Shown: piece after piece, positions 26,342 through 35,188 of the stretch
Position numbering within the stretch: position 1 is the stretch's first letter
Layout: every line of letters begins with the position of its first letter
From: Bacillota bacterium
GTDB taxonomy: Bacteria > Bacillota > Dethiobacteria > DTU022
Direction: 5' to 3'
DNA: 64,000 nt
Assembly: GCA_029552125.1 (NCBI GenBank)
Contig: JAKPEE010000106.1
Coordinates: forward strand, 15,699-79,698
The notes under the pieces: generated by a model
What the model was told of the DNA's origin: nothing
The model's database searches: none
The model's input: only the letters and a program-made list of their open reading frames with translations
Position numbers and translations under genes: made by a program

Positions 26342-27415
26342 TTACTCGTTGGTGGCGCCGTAGCTCTTAAGCATCTGCTTCATGCCTTCCGTGACCCTGA
26401 TTTGTCCATCAGGCAATACCCAGAAGGCTTCCACCCCGTCAATACTTTCGGCCAGGGCCAGGCTTTCGGTAAAAGGCAGTAAAAACAGTTCGGTCGATAA
26501 GAAGTCGGCCACTGCCGAATTGTAGGCCACTACCGTGACCGCGCGAAAATGGGTGGCCGGCATCAATGTTTCCGGATCAATAAGATGATGGTAGATTTCG
26601 CCGCCGACACGATAGTAGCGCTGGTAATCGCCGCTGGTGACGATAGCCGCATTGTTGACCAGGATGGTATCGAGAAGGCCGTCCTCGGCCACGATCGATT
26701 TTTCAGGGTTATGAATGCCGATGGTCCAGCGTTCGCGCACACCGTCCAGGGGGCGGCCGATGGCGTAGACATTGCCGCCGGCGCTGATTAGCCCCGATTC
26801 CATCCCCGCGGCCATCGCCTTTTGCGCGGCCAGTTCGGTGGCATAACCCTTGGCCACGGCCCCTACGTCAAGGCTCATCTTCGGATCCGGTAAAAACACC
26901 GTATTCTTTTCTGTATTGACGATAACCTCGTCGAGACTGGTATGCCGGGCCGCCTCCTGCAGCGCTTCCAGCGGCGGCAGCTTTGCATTGGGGGGGTCGT
27001 CAAGCCCTGCGGTGCGATAATCATGCCAAAGCTGCAGCACCGGCCCCAGGGCTATGTTGGTCCGCCCCCTGGTGCGGTCATGCCACTCCTTGGTAAAAAG
27101 GATCAGATCGATAATGTCCCGATCTACCGGAACGGGAGCGACACCGGCATTCTCGTTGATCGTCTTAATATTGTTGAGCCCTTCGTAGCTTTCATAAATG
27201 TTGTAAAGCCGGTGCAGCCTGGTAAACTCATCCTTAATAATTTGATAATAAGTGCGGAATTCTTGCTCGCTTTTGGTATAGGCCACAACCTGCACCAGGG
27301 TGTCGAAGGTATCGAAAAAGCTGTCAGTGTACTTGCTATATTCGTTTTTGGGGGTGCAGCCCGGTAAAGCCAAAAGGAGGGCCACCAGGATAACGAAGAG
27401 CACCAGGTTTTTCAA
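26342..27415 (-). CDS. apbE: ApbE-family FAD:protein FMN transferase, lipoprotein (extracytoplasmic).
   Basis: Lipobox LALPGCT. ApbE motifs LDVGAVAKGYA, GLISAGGNVYAIG and SGDYQRYY...HHLIDPET. Confidence 0.85.
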   Translation of the reverse strand: MKNLVLFVILVALLLALPGCTPKNEYSKYTDSFFDTFDTLVQVVAYTKSEQEFRTYYQIIKDEFTRLHRLYNIYESYEGLNNIKTINENAGVAPVPVDRDIIDLILFTKEWHDRTRGRTNIALGPVLQLWHDYRTAGLDDPPNAKLPPLEALQEAARHTSLDEVIVNTEKNTVFLPDPKMSLDVGAVAKGYATELAAQKAMAAGMESGLISAGGNVYAIGRPLDGVRERWTIGIHNPEKSIVAEDGLLDTILVNNAAIVTSGDYQRYYRVGGEIYHHLIDPETLMPATHFRAVTVVAYNSAVADFLSTELFLLPFTESLALAESIDGVEAFWVLPDGQIRVTEGMKQMLKSYGATNE

Positions 27416-27432
27416 AAGTGATCCTCCCTTTG

Positions 27433-27464
27433 ATAAAACGCTCCCCCGCAGCCGCGGGGGAGCG
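27433..27464 (-). terminator. Strong intrinsic terminator between the duplicated lipoprotein gene and apbE.
   Basis: Minus strand: CGCTCCCCCGC-GGCT-GCGGGGGAGCG followed by TTTTATC. The apbE RBS (AAAGGGAGG) follows within about 10 nt, which leaves no room for a promoter. Confidence 0.8.
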
Positions 27465-27491
27465 AAAGATTACTCAAGACCCGTGCGCCTG

Positions 27492-28580
27492 CTACCGCGT
27501 GTTGGCAAATGCTTCCTCCACAGCGGCAAGATAATCCTGAACCGTCATAGTGACCAGGGAGCTCAGCTCGGGATCATCGGGAACTGCCGGGTGAGCTTCA
27601 TCTCTTTGCTTGACCGGCAGGGCTTTGATCTCTTCTACTGTTTTGCCGACCATCCATTTTTCCAGTTCGGCAATCTGCTCATTCCATTCCTTGCCAATTT
27701 CTGAAACGCGTCCCATGCCGTAATCGGGGCCCAGTTCAGCCTTGGTCTTCGGATGATCACTGAGGTCGGAAGTAACCTGGCCCTCCGCGTCAAAATTGAC
27801 CTTGACCTGCGCGGTGTCGATAATCACACCGGCCACTTTGCCGTCGCCGTCAAATGCGGTGGCAGCCATGACCGTATCAACCTGGGCCAGGGGCAGGGTT
27901 TCTGTTCCGCTAGCCTCATCCTTGCTGTAGCCTTTGGACTTGGCAATGGAAATGTTGTGGCCGAGACCCAGCTTCACCGCGTTTTCTACATCAACCCTGT
28001 TATTATAAGCTTTTTCTACGGCTTCAATGTATTCATGCACCGTGATGGTTACCAGGGAGCTAAGCTCGGGATCATCGGGGACTGCCGGGTGAGCTTCATC
28101 TCTTTGTTTGACCGGCAGGGCCTTGATCTCTTCTACTGTTTTGCCGACCATCCATTTTTCCAGTTCGGCAATCTGCTCATTCCATTCCTTGCCGATCCCT
28201 GAAACGGGGGCCATACCGTATTCCGGACCCAGTTCAGCCTTGGTTTTACCAGGGGCACTTAGATCAGAGGTAACCTGAAAATCTTGATTAAAGTTAACTT
28301 TGGTCTGCGCGGTATCAATAATGACGTCAACAACCCGGCCGTCCTCATCGAACAGGGCCGCAGCCATAACGGTATCCACTTGCCCGAGCGGCAAGGTTTC
28401 GCTACCGTCATCGCCTTTCGAATAGCTTTTTGATTTGGCAATTGAATTAATGACACCGAGGCCCAGGGATACTGCCGCGCCTTCTTCAGATCCTGTGCCT
28501 TCGTCGGTACCGGAGCAACCAGCCGATACCAGCGCTACTACCAGCAGCAGCGCTAAAGTGAGCGACCAAATCTTTTTCAT
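27492..28580 (-). CDS. Lipoprotein of unknown function made of two tandem modules of about 166 aa.
   Basis: ATG at 28580 after AGGAGGAAGG. Lipobox VSAGCSG. The two halves repeat the block GKEWNEQIAELEKWMVGKTVEEIKALPVKQRDEAHPAVPDDPELSSLVT almost exactly. Confidence 0.75.
   Translation of the reverse strand: MKKIWSLTLALLLVVALVSAGCSGTDEGTGSEEGAAVSLGLGVINSIAKSKSYSKGDDGSETLPLGQVDTVMAAALFDEDGRVVDVIIDTAQTKVNFNQDFQVTSDLSAPGKTKAELGPEYGMAPVSGIGKEWNEQIAELEKWMVGKTVEEIKALPVKQRDEAHPAVPDDPELSSLVTITVHEYIEAVEKAYNNRVDVENAVKLGLGHNISIAKSKGYSKDEASGTETLPLAQVDTVMAATAFDGDGKVAGVIIDTAQVKVNFDAEGQVTSDLSDHPKTKAELGPDYGMGRVSEIGKEWNEQIAELEKWMVGKTVEEIKALPVKQRDEAHPAVPDDPELSSLVTMTVQDYLAAVEEAFANTR
27553..28215. repeat. Intragenic tandem duplication with a 498-bp period and a near-identical core of about 150 bp.
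   Basis: The segment starting ACCAGGGAGCTCAGCTCGGGATCATCGGG at 27553 recurs at 28051 with only a few substitutions across about 150 nt. Similarity is weaker over the rest of each unit. Confidence 0.85.
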
Positions 28581-28820
28581 AACCCTTCCTCCTATCATCT
28601 AGGTAATTCTGCTAAACCCTAGTTGATATTATCACATTGTTAAAAATAGAACAATGCCTATAAACAAAATTAATACCAGGGATTTGGTTATGTTACTGGC
28701 AAAATAATTCAGGCCCAACCGTCGGGGCAAAGAAGCAGTCCCGCTACCATAAGAAACCCTTATGGCAGCAAATAGCTGAATAATTCGGCCTGAAAAAAGA
28801 GGGGAGCATCCGATTTTAGT

Positions 28821-29993
28821 TTAAACAACCTTGTTTTTACCGCTACTTTTCGCCTGCAACAATCTATAGTCTGCCCGGGACATCAGGGAGCTACTGTCAT
28901 CGCCCTCCTTGTAAGAAGCCACGCCAAAGCTGCAACTAACAGAATTAACCTGATCAAAACGAGATGTTGCTATAATCATACGTATGCGCTCCGCCAATCC
29001 ATGAGCCTGCGTTCTATTCGCGTAAGGCAGGAGAATGGCAAACTCATCTCCCCCCCAGCGGGCGAAAACATCGGACTCTCTGATTGAACTTTTAATCACA
29101 GCAGCCAGGGAGGCCAGGACCTGGTCACCGATAATGTGGCCGTAATGATCATTGATCTTTTTAAAATCATCCACGTCAAAGAGAACCAGGGATAAAGGAT
29201 ATTGATAGCGCTGAGCCAACTCCACCCACTTGTTGAGCTCTGTATTAAACTTACCCTTGGCATAGATGCCTGTTAGAGCATCAATTTCACTGGTCCGCAC
29301 CAACTCTTTGTTGTAAGCAAATTGCAAACGCTTGTAATAGTTGGTGCGGTAGGAGGAAATTGCACTCATGGTTATAACAAGGGTAATATATACACCTACT
29401 GCCGCATATTCCGAAGCAGGTATGTGCCCAAAACGTAAATTAGCGGTAAACATAAAACCGGCCCCTAAAAACAATGAAATCAAGATAACATTGAGCCAGC
29501 GGTTGACCACCAGGAAGAAAGCCAGGATCAAGATAACAACGCCGAAAGACTGGACGAAAAAATTGGGCGATTCATACAGGTAAAAGATAAGCAGAAAAGC
29601 AATAGAGACTAACAGTTTATATACGGATATCAAATATATTAGAGCGCCGTATCTGAGATTTTGACCCAGGACCACGTAGAGAATAATAATAAGCAGCATA
29701 AAAGAAGCTCTGATAAAAAAAATGGCTTGAAAGGTCTGGCTGTTGCTGGTTAAAAAATAATCAGGAATAATAAACAGAAAAAAGAGGATCCCTAAAATGA
29801 GTGCAGCCGTCCTGATATAATTCACGAGGCCGCTCATTTCATGCCGGAAATAATCTTCTTCCAGTCGTTTGTCTTTAAATTCAGCCAGAATCAGTGAAAA
29901 GGCAGGAGAAAATTTATTTGCGTTCACCTTTGTTTGCGCTCCTAGGGAACAGGGTGTTTTAAAGCTGTATAGATTGCCACTAATTAATCGCAA
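28821..29993 (-). CDS. Membrane-bound diguanylate cyclase (GGDEF domain).
   Basis: About six N-terminal TM helices. The C-terminal GGDEF domain contains DALTGIYAKGKF and ARWGGDEFAILL. The start codon is uncertain (29993 or a GTG at about 29927). Confidence 0.8.
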   Translation of the reverse strand: MRLISGNLYSFKTPCSLGAQTKVNANKFSPAFSLILAEFKDKRLEEDYFRHEMSGLVNYIRTAALILGILFFLFIIPDYFLTSNSQTFQAIFFIRASFMLLIIILYVVLGQNLRYGALIYLISVYKLLVSIAFLLIFYLYESPNFFVQSFGVVILILAFFLVVNRWLNVILISLFLGAGFMFTANLRFGHIPASEYAAVGVYITLVITMSAISSYRTNYYKRLQFAYNKELVRTSEIDALTGIYAKGKFNTELNKWVELAQRYQYPLSLVLFDVDDFKKINDHYGHIIGDQVLASLAAVIKSSIRESDVFARWGGDEFAILLPYANRTQAHGLAERIRMIIATSRFDQVNSVSCSFGVASYKEGDDSSSLMSRADYRLLQAKSSGKNKVV

Positions 29994-29999
29994 CTCTGC

Positions 30000-31073
30000 T
30001 CAGATGTTAAAGCGAATATTGAGGATGTCGCCGTCCTGAACAATGTAGTCTTTGCCTTCCAGGCGGAGCAGCCCTGCTTCGCGCACTTTGGCGGCGCTGC
30101 CGAGACGATAGATATGATCAAAATGAAATACTTCGGCCCGGATAAAACCGCGCTCCATATCGGAATGAATCTTGCCGGCAGCCTGCCGGGCTGTGGCTCC
30201 CCGGCGTATGGTCCAGGCGCGCACCTCATCTTCACCCACGGTGAAAAAAGAGATTAAGCCCAGGCGCTCGTAAGCGGTCCGGGCCAGGCGATCCAGCCCC
30301 GACTCGGTCAACCCCAGGTCGGCCATGAACTCCTCCCGCTCTTCGGGAGAAAGCCTGCCTATTTCCATCTCTACCTGGGCGCAGATTTCAATCACCGGAA
30401 TATCATACTGCGCCGCGTAAGCCGCGATCTGCTCGCGCTGGGGGTAATCATTGGCCGCAAGCTGTTTTTCATCAAGATTAATGGCGGCAATAAGCGGTTT
30501 TTCACTTAAAAAGGCCTGTCCGGCCAGGTACGCCTGCTCCTCAGGGGTTAATCTGACCGTGGAAAGGGGTTGCTCCTGCTCCAGGGCCAGAAGCATACGC
30601 TCCAGGACAGCCAGTTGCTCCTGGGCCTCCTTTTTGACCTTGGGCTTGCTTTTGATGCGCTGAATTCTTTTTTCCAGGGCATCCATATCCGCCAGTATGA
30701 GTTCGGTGCCGTAGTCAACCAGGTCCCGGTACGGTGCCGGTGGGGTAGAAGCACTGTCAGCGCTGCCGTTAAAGGCGCGCACAACCTGAACCAGAACATC
30801 AGCAGACCGGACCTCGTCCAGCAACTTCGCCGCCCTGGCTCCGCTTTCATTCATCCGCACCCCGGGTATATCGTTAAACGTGATACGGGCGTAAACTGTT
30901 TTTCGCGGTTTATATAATGAAGAAAGAAAATCAAGGCGCTTATCGGGAACTATCGCACTGCCGGTATGAACCTCGGCTGCGGGATTATAACCCGTGGGCA
31001 GGCCCAGCCCGGTCAACAAATTAAAAAAGGTGGTTTTACCGGCCTGCGGCAGGCCGACCAGTCCTATTTGCAT
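30000..31073 (-). CDS. ychF: Redox-regulated ribosome-binding ATPase YchF.
   Basis: MQIGLVGLPQAGKTTFFNLLTG (G1 motif) and a TGS-like C-terminus (GKDYIVQDGDILNIRFNI); 357 aa. Confidence 0.9.
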   Translation of the reverse strand: MQIGLVGLPQAGKTTFFNLLTGLGLPTGYNPAAEVHTGSAIVPDKRLDFLSSLYKPRKTVYARITFNDIPGVRMNESGARAAKLLDEVRSADVLVQVVRAFNGSADSASTPPAPYRDLVDYGTELILADMDALEKRIQRIKSKPKVKKEAQEQLAVLERMLLALEQEQPLSTVRLTPEEQAYLAGQAFLSEKPLIAAINLDEKQLAANDYPQREQIAAYAAQYDIPVIEICAQVEMEIGRLSPEEREEFMADLGLTESGLDRLARTAYERLGLISFFTVGEDEVRAWTIRRGATARQAAGKIHSDMERGFIRAEVFHFDHIYRLGSAAKVREAGLLRLEGKDYIVQDGDILNIRFNI

Positions 31074-31242
31074 TTTTTTATCATCTCCCGGAGATTATTA
31101 TATCAACTCTGGCATGTTACCACAATCAGGCTAGTTAAGGAAAATAAACACCTTATTCTAATTGAACTGAGCCCCGGCCGCATAAATTTGAAACACCCCG
31201 AAAAAAATATTAAAAAAAACATTGCTCTGGAGGTGCAAAGCC

Positions 31243-31665
31243 GTGCCCTTAATTCCTTATGAGCCTTTCCGGGAGATGGGCAACTTTTGGCGGGAGATGG
31301 ACCGCTTCTTTGGGCCCTGGGGCCGCGAGTTTTCCGGGCCGCGCGTCGATGTTTTTGAAACAGAAAACGAAGTGATCGCCCAGTGTGAAATACCGGGCCT
31401 GGAAAGCAAAGATGATATCACCATTGATATCCGGGATGACCTGCTTGAGCTGCGCGGCACGATCAATCGCGGCCGGGAAATTAAAGACGAGCAGATGCAT
31501 CGCCGCGAACGATTCAGCGGCACCTTTCACCGGACCGTCTCTCTGCCTGGCCCCGTGGTGGCAGATGGAGCTAAGGCTGTTTACCGTAATGGCATCCTGG
31601 AGATCACCATGCCCAAGGCTGAGCCGCACCGGCAGCACCGCCGCATTGAGGTTGACTTTCATTAA
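31243..31665 (+). CDS. Hsp20/alpha-crystallin family small heat-shock protein.
   Basis: GTG start 7 nt after GGAGGTG. Alpha-crystallin core VDVFETENEVIAQCEIPGL...FHRTVSLPGPV...AVYRNGILEITMPK. Confidence 0.85.
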   Translation: MPLIPYEPFREMGNFWREMDRFFGPWGREFSGPRVDVFETENEVIAQCEIPGLESKDDITIDIRDDLLELRGTINRGREIKDEQMHRRERFSGTFHRTVSLPGPVVADGAKAVYRNGILEITMPKAEPHRQHRRIEVDFH

Positions 31666-31671
31666 GGCGGC

Positions 31672-31712
31672 GCAAAAGGGGCCATTCCCCCGGGGGAGGC
31701 AGCCCCTTTTGC
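31672..31712 (+). terminator. Terminator hairpin after hsp20.
   Basis: GCAAAAGGGGC, a 19-nt loop, then GCCCCTTTTGC. Confidence 0.6.
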
Positions 31713-31798
31713 GGCCGGCAATTCAGCGGCTATTCATCCTGTGTAAATGCCGGGGAGACAATCTGTCCCGGTATTCTTTTATTTTAGGCGTCTGAATT

Positions 31799-31808
31799 GT
31801 GCTATAAT
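31799..31808 (+). promoter_or_regulatory. Extended -10 promoter element (TGcTATAAT) upstream of gatC.
   Basis: TG-C-TATAAT at 31800-31808, about 40 nt upstream of the gatC TTG start. The -35 element is weak. Confidence 0.45.
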
Positions 31809-31847
31809 GTTGCATAGATGCTATGCGGGAAGGACGGTGAGTTTTTC

Positions 31848-32132
31848 TTGAAAGATTACCGGACTGCCATAGAAAACGCTGCCCGCGCCAGTAAAATCGA
31901 GCTCAACCCTGGTGATCAAGAGCAGCTGCAAAAAGATTTGGCCGCCTTTGAGCAATGGCTGGAGCCTCTCCTGGCCGTAGATACCGCCGGTACAGAGCCG
32001 CTGCTTTTTAGCCACCACACGGTGAATGTCTGGCGGAACGATGAACCGGAGGCCGGGCACCAGGAGAAACTGCAGCAGGCTGCAGCCAGATTTAGAAAAA
32101 ATTATTACCGGGTGCCGGCCATAATCGATTAG
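31848..32132 (+). CDS. gatC: Asp/Glu-tRNA(Asn/Gln) amidotransferase subunit C.
   Basis: A TTG start gives a 94-aa protein with the GatC pattern (IENAARASKIELNPGDQEQLQKDL...AVDTAGTEP). It lies directly upstream of gatA-gatB. Confidence 0.85.
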   Translation: MKDYRTAIENAARASKIELNPGDQEQLQKDLAAFEQWLEPLLAVDTAGTEPLLFSHHTVNVWRNDEPEAGHQEKLQQAAARFRKNYYRVPAIID

Positions 32133-32152
32133 AACGCTAAAGGAGGGCTATC

Positions 32153-33616
32153 GTGGAACTGGATAAGATGACAGCCGCCGCCGCGGCTAAAGCTGTAAAT
32201 AACAGGGAGATTTCAGCCCGGGAGCTAACCGAAGCTTACCTTAACCGCTGTACTACCCTGAACAGCACCTTGCATTCATTAGTACATATTTTTGAGCAGG
32301 AGGCGCTAAGGCAGGCTGAAGCCGTTGATAGCCTGGTAAGCCGGGGCGAGACCGCCCTCCCGCTGGCCGGGGTACCGGTAGTCTTGAAGGACGACCTCTG
32401 CTACAGTGCAGGACCCACCACCTGGGGAGCCGCCTCCCTGAAAAACTTCCAGCCGCCTTATACCGCCGCCGCGGCACAGAAACTGATCGATGCCGGGGCG
32501 ATCATTGTGGGTAAGGCCAATCTGGATCAGTTCGGTCTGGGCTCGTCGGCGGCAAGCTCCTATGCCGGACCCGCGGCCAATCCCCGGGATCCGGCCCGGC
32601 CGGCCGGGGACGGCGCTGCCGCGGCGGTAGCCGCCGGCCAATGCCTGCTCGGCTTAAGCTCAGACAGCGGCGGCTCGCTGCGCATGGGGGCCTCACACTG
32701 TGGCCTCTTCGGCCTGCGCCCCACTACCGGGCTGGTATCCCGCCACGGGCTATACACCCATGCTCCCTCTTTCGCCAGCGTGGCTCTTGCCGCCCGCGAT
32801 ACCGCGGATATCAACCTGGCTCTGCAAGTTATTTCCGGCTACGATTCCCGGGATGCGGCCACTGCCGCCGTGAAAGACGGGGCCCCCCGGGCAGAGGGTG
32901 AAAAATTATCCCGGAGTGTAAAGATCGGCTACCCCAAAGATCTGTTTGCCCTGCTGCCGCACCACACCCTTAGCGCCCTTGAGCCGGCCCGGGAAAGATA
33001 TAGGGCCGCGGGAGCGGAGTTTGTGGAAATAACCCTGCCCCTTTTCCGGGAAGCGCTGCTGGCTTATTATGTCATCGCTTACGCGGAAGCCTCTTCTAAC
33101 CTGAGCCGCTTTGACGGCATCCGCTTTGGCCTTTCCGCGGAAGGAGCAAACCTGGAAGAATATTATTTTAAAACCCGCGGCGCCGCCTTTGACGCGGAGG
33201 CCAAACGCCGCGTGATCATCGGCACCCACCTGTTAAGCCAGGACAATTTTGAGAGATACTATCGCCAGGCTCAAAAGGTCTGGAGACTGATCCGGCAAAG
33301 TTTTGCCACGGCCCTGGAAAAGTGCGATCTGATCATGCTGCCGGCGGTACTGGCACCGGCGGAAGCCCGGGAAGAAAGCCAGGATTTTCTAAAGGCATAC
33401 ATCCAGGGCTGCTTCTGCGCCCCGGTGAGCCTCTCCGGGCTGCCGGCTCTTAGTGCCCCGGCGAGCGAGGTGGGCGCCCTGCCCGTGGGCTTGCAACTGG
33501 TGGGCCGGCCATTCGCTGAAACAACGCTGGCTGATCTGGCCGGGCGGGCGGCACTGCCGTTTAAATCTCCCCCGGTAGAGGTTCTCTCAAGGAAGGAAGA
33601 TACCCATGGAATATGA
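32153..33616 (+). CDS. gatA: Asp/Glu-tRNA(Asn/Gln) amidotransferase subunit A.
   Basis: Amidase signature region (GGSSGGS-like SDSGGSLR, KDDLCYSAGPTTWGA). GTG start after AAAGGAGG. Position is between gatC and gatB. Confidence 0.9.
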   Translation: MELDKMTAAAAAKAVNNREISARELTEAYLNRCTTLNSTLHSLVHIFEQEALRQAEAVDSLVSRGETALPLAGVPVVLKDDLCYSAGPTTWGAASLKNFQPPYTAAAAQKLIDAGAIIVGKANLDQFGLGSSAASSYAGPAANPRDPARPAGDGAAAAVAAGQCLLGLSSDSGGSLRMGASHCGLFGLRPTTGLVSRHGLYTHAPSFASVALAARDTADINLALQVISGYDSRDAATAAVKDGAPRAEGEKLSRSVKIGYPKDLFALLPHHTLSALEPARERYRAAGAEFVEITLPLFREALLAYYVIAYAEASSNLSRFDGIRFGLSAEGANLEEYYFKTRGAAFDAEAKRRVIIGTHLLSQDNFERYYRQAQKVWRLIRQSFATALEKCDLIMLPAVLAPAEAREESQDFLKAYIQGCFCAPVSLSGLPALSAPASEVGALPVGLQLVGRPFAETTLADLAGRAALPFKSPPVEVLSRKEDTHGI

Positions 33617-35039
33617 AGCTGTCATTGGTTTGGAAGTCCACGTGGAGTTGCTGACTGAAAGCAAGCTTTTTTGTAAATGTCCCAACCGCTTCACTGCCGA
33701 GGCCAACAGCCATACCTGTGAGGTATGCCTGGGTTTTCCGGGCGCCCTGCCCCTGCTGAACCGCGAAGCGGTGCAGAAAGCTTTAACCGCGGCGGTGGCT
33801 TTAAACTGCGAGATCGCCCTGCACAGCTACTTTGACCGTAAAAATTACTTTTACCCGGACATGCCCAAGGGATACCAGATCTCCCAGTACCATGTTCCCC
33901 TGGGCCGGAACGGCTTTCTCGAAGTGGAAGACGACAGCGGAGCGCTGAAAAAAATCCGGATCGGGCGGGTGCACATGGAAGAAGATGCCGGCAAGCTGGT
34001 ACACGCCCCGGCGGGGCTCGATTCGGCTGTCGATTATAACCGGGCCGGCGTGCCGCTGATTGAAATTGTCACCGAACCGGACCTGCACTCCGCCGGCGAA
34101 TGCCGCCGCTACCTGGAACAGTTAAAGAGCATTCTCCAGTATGCGGAAGTGTCTGACTGCAAAATGGAAGAAGGAAGCCTGCGCTGCGATGCCAACGTAT
34201 CTTTACGCCCCCGGGGCAGCAGCATCCTGGGCAACAAGACCGAGCTGAAAAATATGAACTCATTTAAAGCCGTGGAAAAAGCGGTGGAATATGAAATTGA
34301 GCGCCAGGCGCAAATACTGCGCCAGGGCGGGTCAATAATTCCCCAGACCAGGCGCTGGGAAGAAGGAAAGCAGGTAACCGTGGCCATGCGCGACAAGCTG
34401 CAGGCCCAGGACTACCGCTGCTTTGCCGACCCGGAGCTGGCGCCCATAGAGCTAACCGCTGCAGAGGTGGAGGCGGCGCGCCGCAACCTGCCCGAAATGG
34501 CCTCAAAAAGAGCGGCCCGCTATGTCGCCGAGTACGGCCTGCCGCCTTACGACGCCGCGGTGCTTACGACCACCCGCGGCCTCTCCGACTATTTTGAAGC
34601 CTGTCTCAAGCTCTATCCCAACCCCAAGGAAGTGAGCAACTGGGTCATGGGTGATTTTACCGCCCATCTCAGCGCCGCCGGCGTGAAGCCGGCCGAAGCC
34701 TCTTTTACCCCGGAATATATGGCCTCGCTGCTGCAGATGATTGACGATCAGGTTATCAGCGGCAAGATCGCCAAGGAAGTCATGGAAAAATCCTTTGCCA
34801 CCGGCAAATCGCCGCGGGCCATCGTGGAAGAAGAGGGCCTGCTGCAGATTTCCGACCAGTCGGAGCTGGAAAAAATCGTGGATCAGGTTATCGCCGCCAA
34901 CCCCTCGGGCGTGGAAAACTACCGCAGCGGCAAAACCAAGGCCCTAAGCTTCCTGGTGGGACAGGTGATGCAGGCCACGAAGGGCAAAGCCAACCCCGGG
35001 CTGGTGAACAAACTGCTGGTGGAAAAGCTGCAGCAGTAA
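33606..35039 (+). CDS. gatB: Asp/Glu-tRNA(Asn/Gln) amidotransferase subunit B.
   Basis: MEYEAVIGLEVHVELLTESKLFC... and the C-terminal YqeY-like tail GKANPGLVNKLL; 477 aa. Confidence 0.95.
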   Translation: MEYEAVIGLEVHVELLTESKLFCKCPNRFTAEANSHTCEVCLGFPGALPLLNREAVQKALTAAVALNCEIALHSYFDRKNYFYPDMPKGYQISQYHVPLGRNGFLEVEDDSGALKKIRIGRVHMEEDAGKLVHAPAGLDSAVDYNRAGVPLIEIVTEPDLHSAGECRRYLEQLKSILQYAEVSDCKMEEGSLRCDANVSLRPRGSSILGNKTELKNMNSFKAVEKAVEYEIERQAQILRQGGSIIPQTRRWEEGKQVTVAMRDKLQAQDYRCFADPELAPIELTAAEVEAARRNLPEMASKRAARYVAEYGLPPYDAAVLTTTRGLSDYFEACLKLYPNPKEVSNWVMGDFTAHLSAAGVKPAEASFTPEYMASLLQMIDDQVISGKIAKEVMEKSFATGKSPRAIVEEEGLLQISDQSELEKIVDQVIAANPSGVENYRSGKTKALSFLVGQVMQATKGKANPGLVNKLLVEKLQQ

Positions 35040-35062
35040 CCGGGGCCGGACTAATGAGGAAT

Positions 35063-35097
35063 AAAGGGGCTGCCCTTTTGGGACAGCCCCTTTATTG
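35063..35097 (+). terminator. Rho-independent terminator after gatB.
   Basis: AAAGGGGCTG, an 11-nt loop, CAGCCCCTTT, then ATTGATG. Confidence 0.75.
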
Positions 35098-35188
35098 ATG
35101 CCGCAACAACGACTAGCCCTACTATACCGGGCGAAAAGGTAATGAGCCGATGGATACAGCCGACAAGCAGCTTTTTTACGTGACTCTT

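Noticed and set aside
31074-31242. Heat-shock operator (CIRCE TTAGCACTC-N9-GAGTGCTAA or a HAIR-type repeat) upstream of hsp20.
   Set aside because: No inverted repeat resembling CIRCE is present. There is only a weak TTGAAC ... TAAATT promoter-like pair with suboptimal spacing, so no regulatory site is called.
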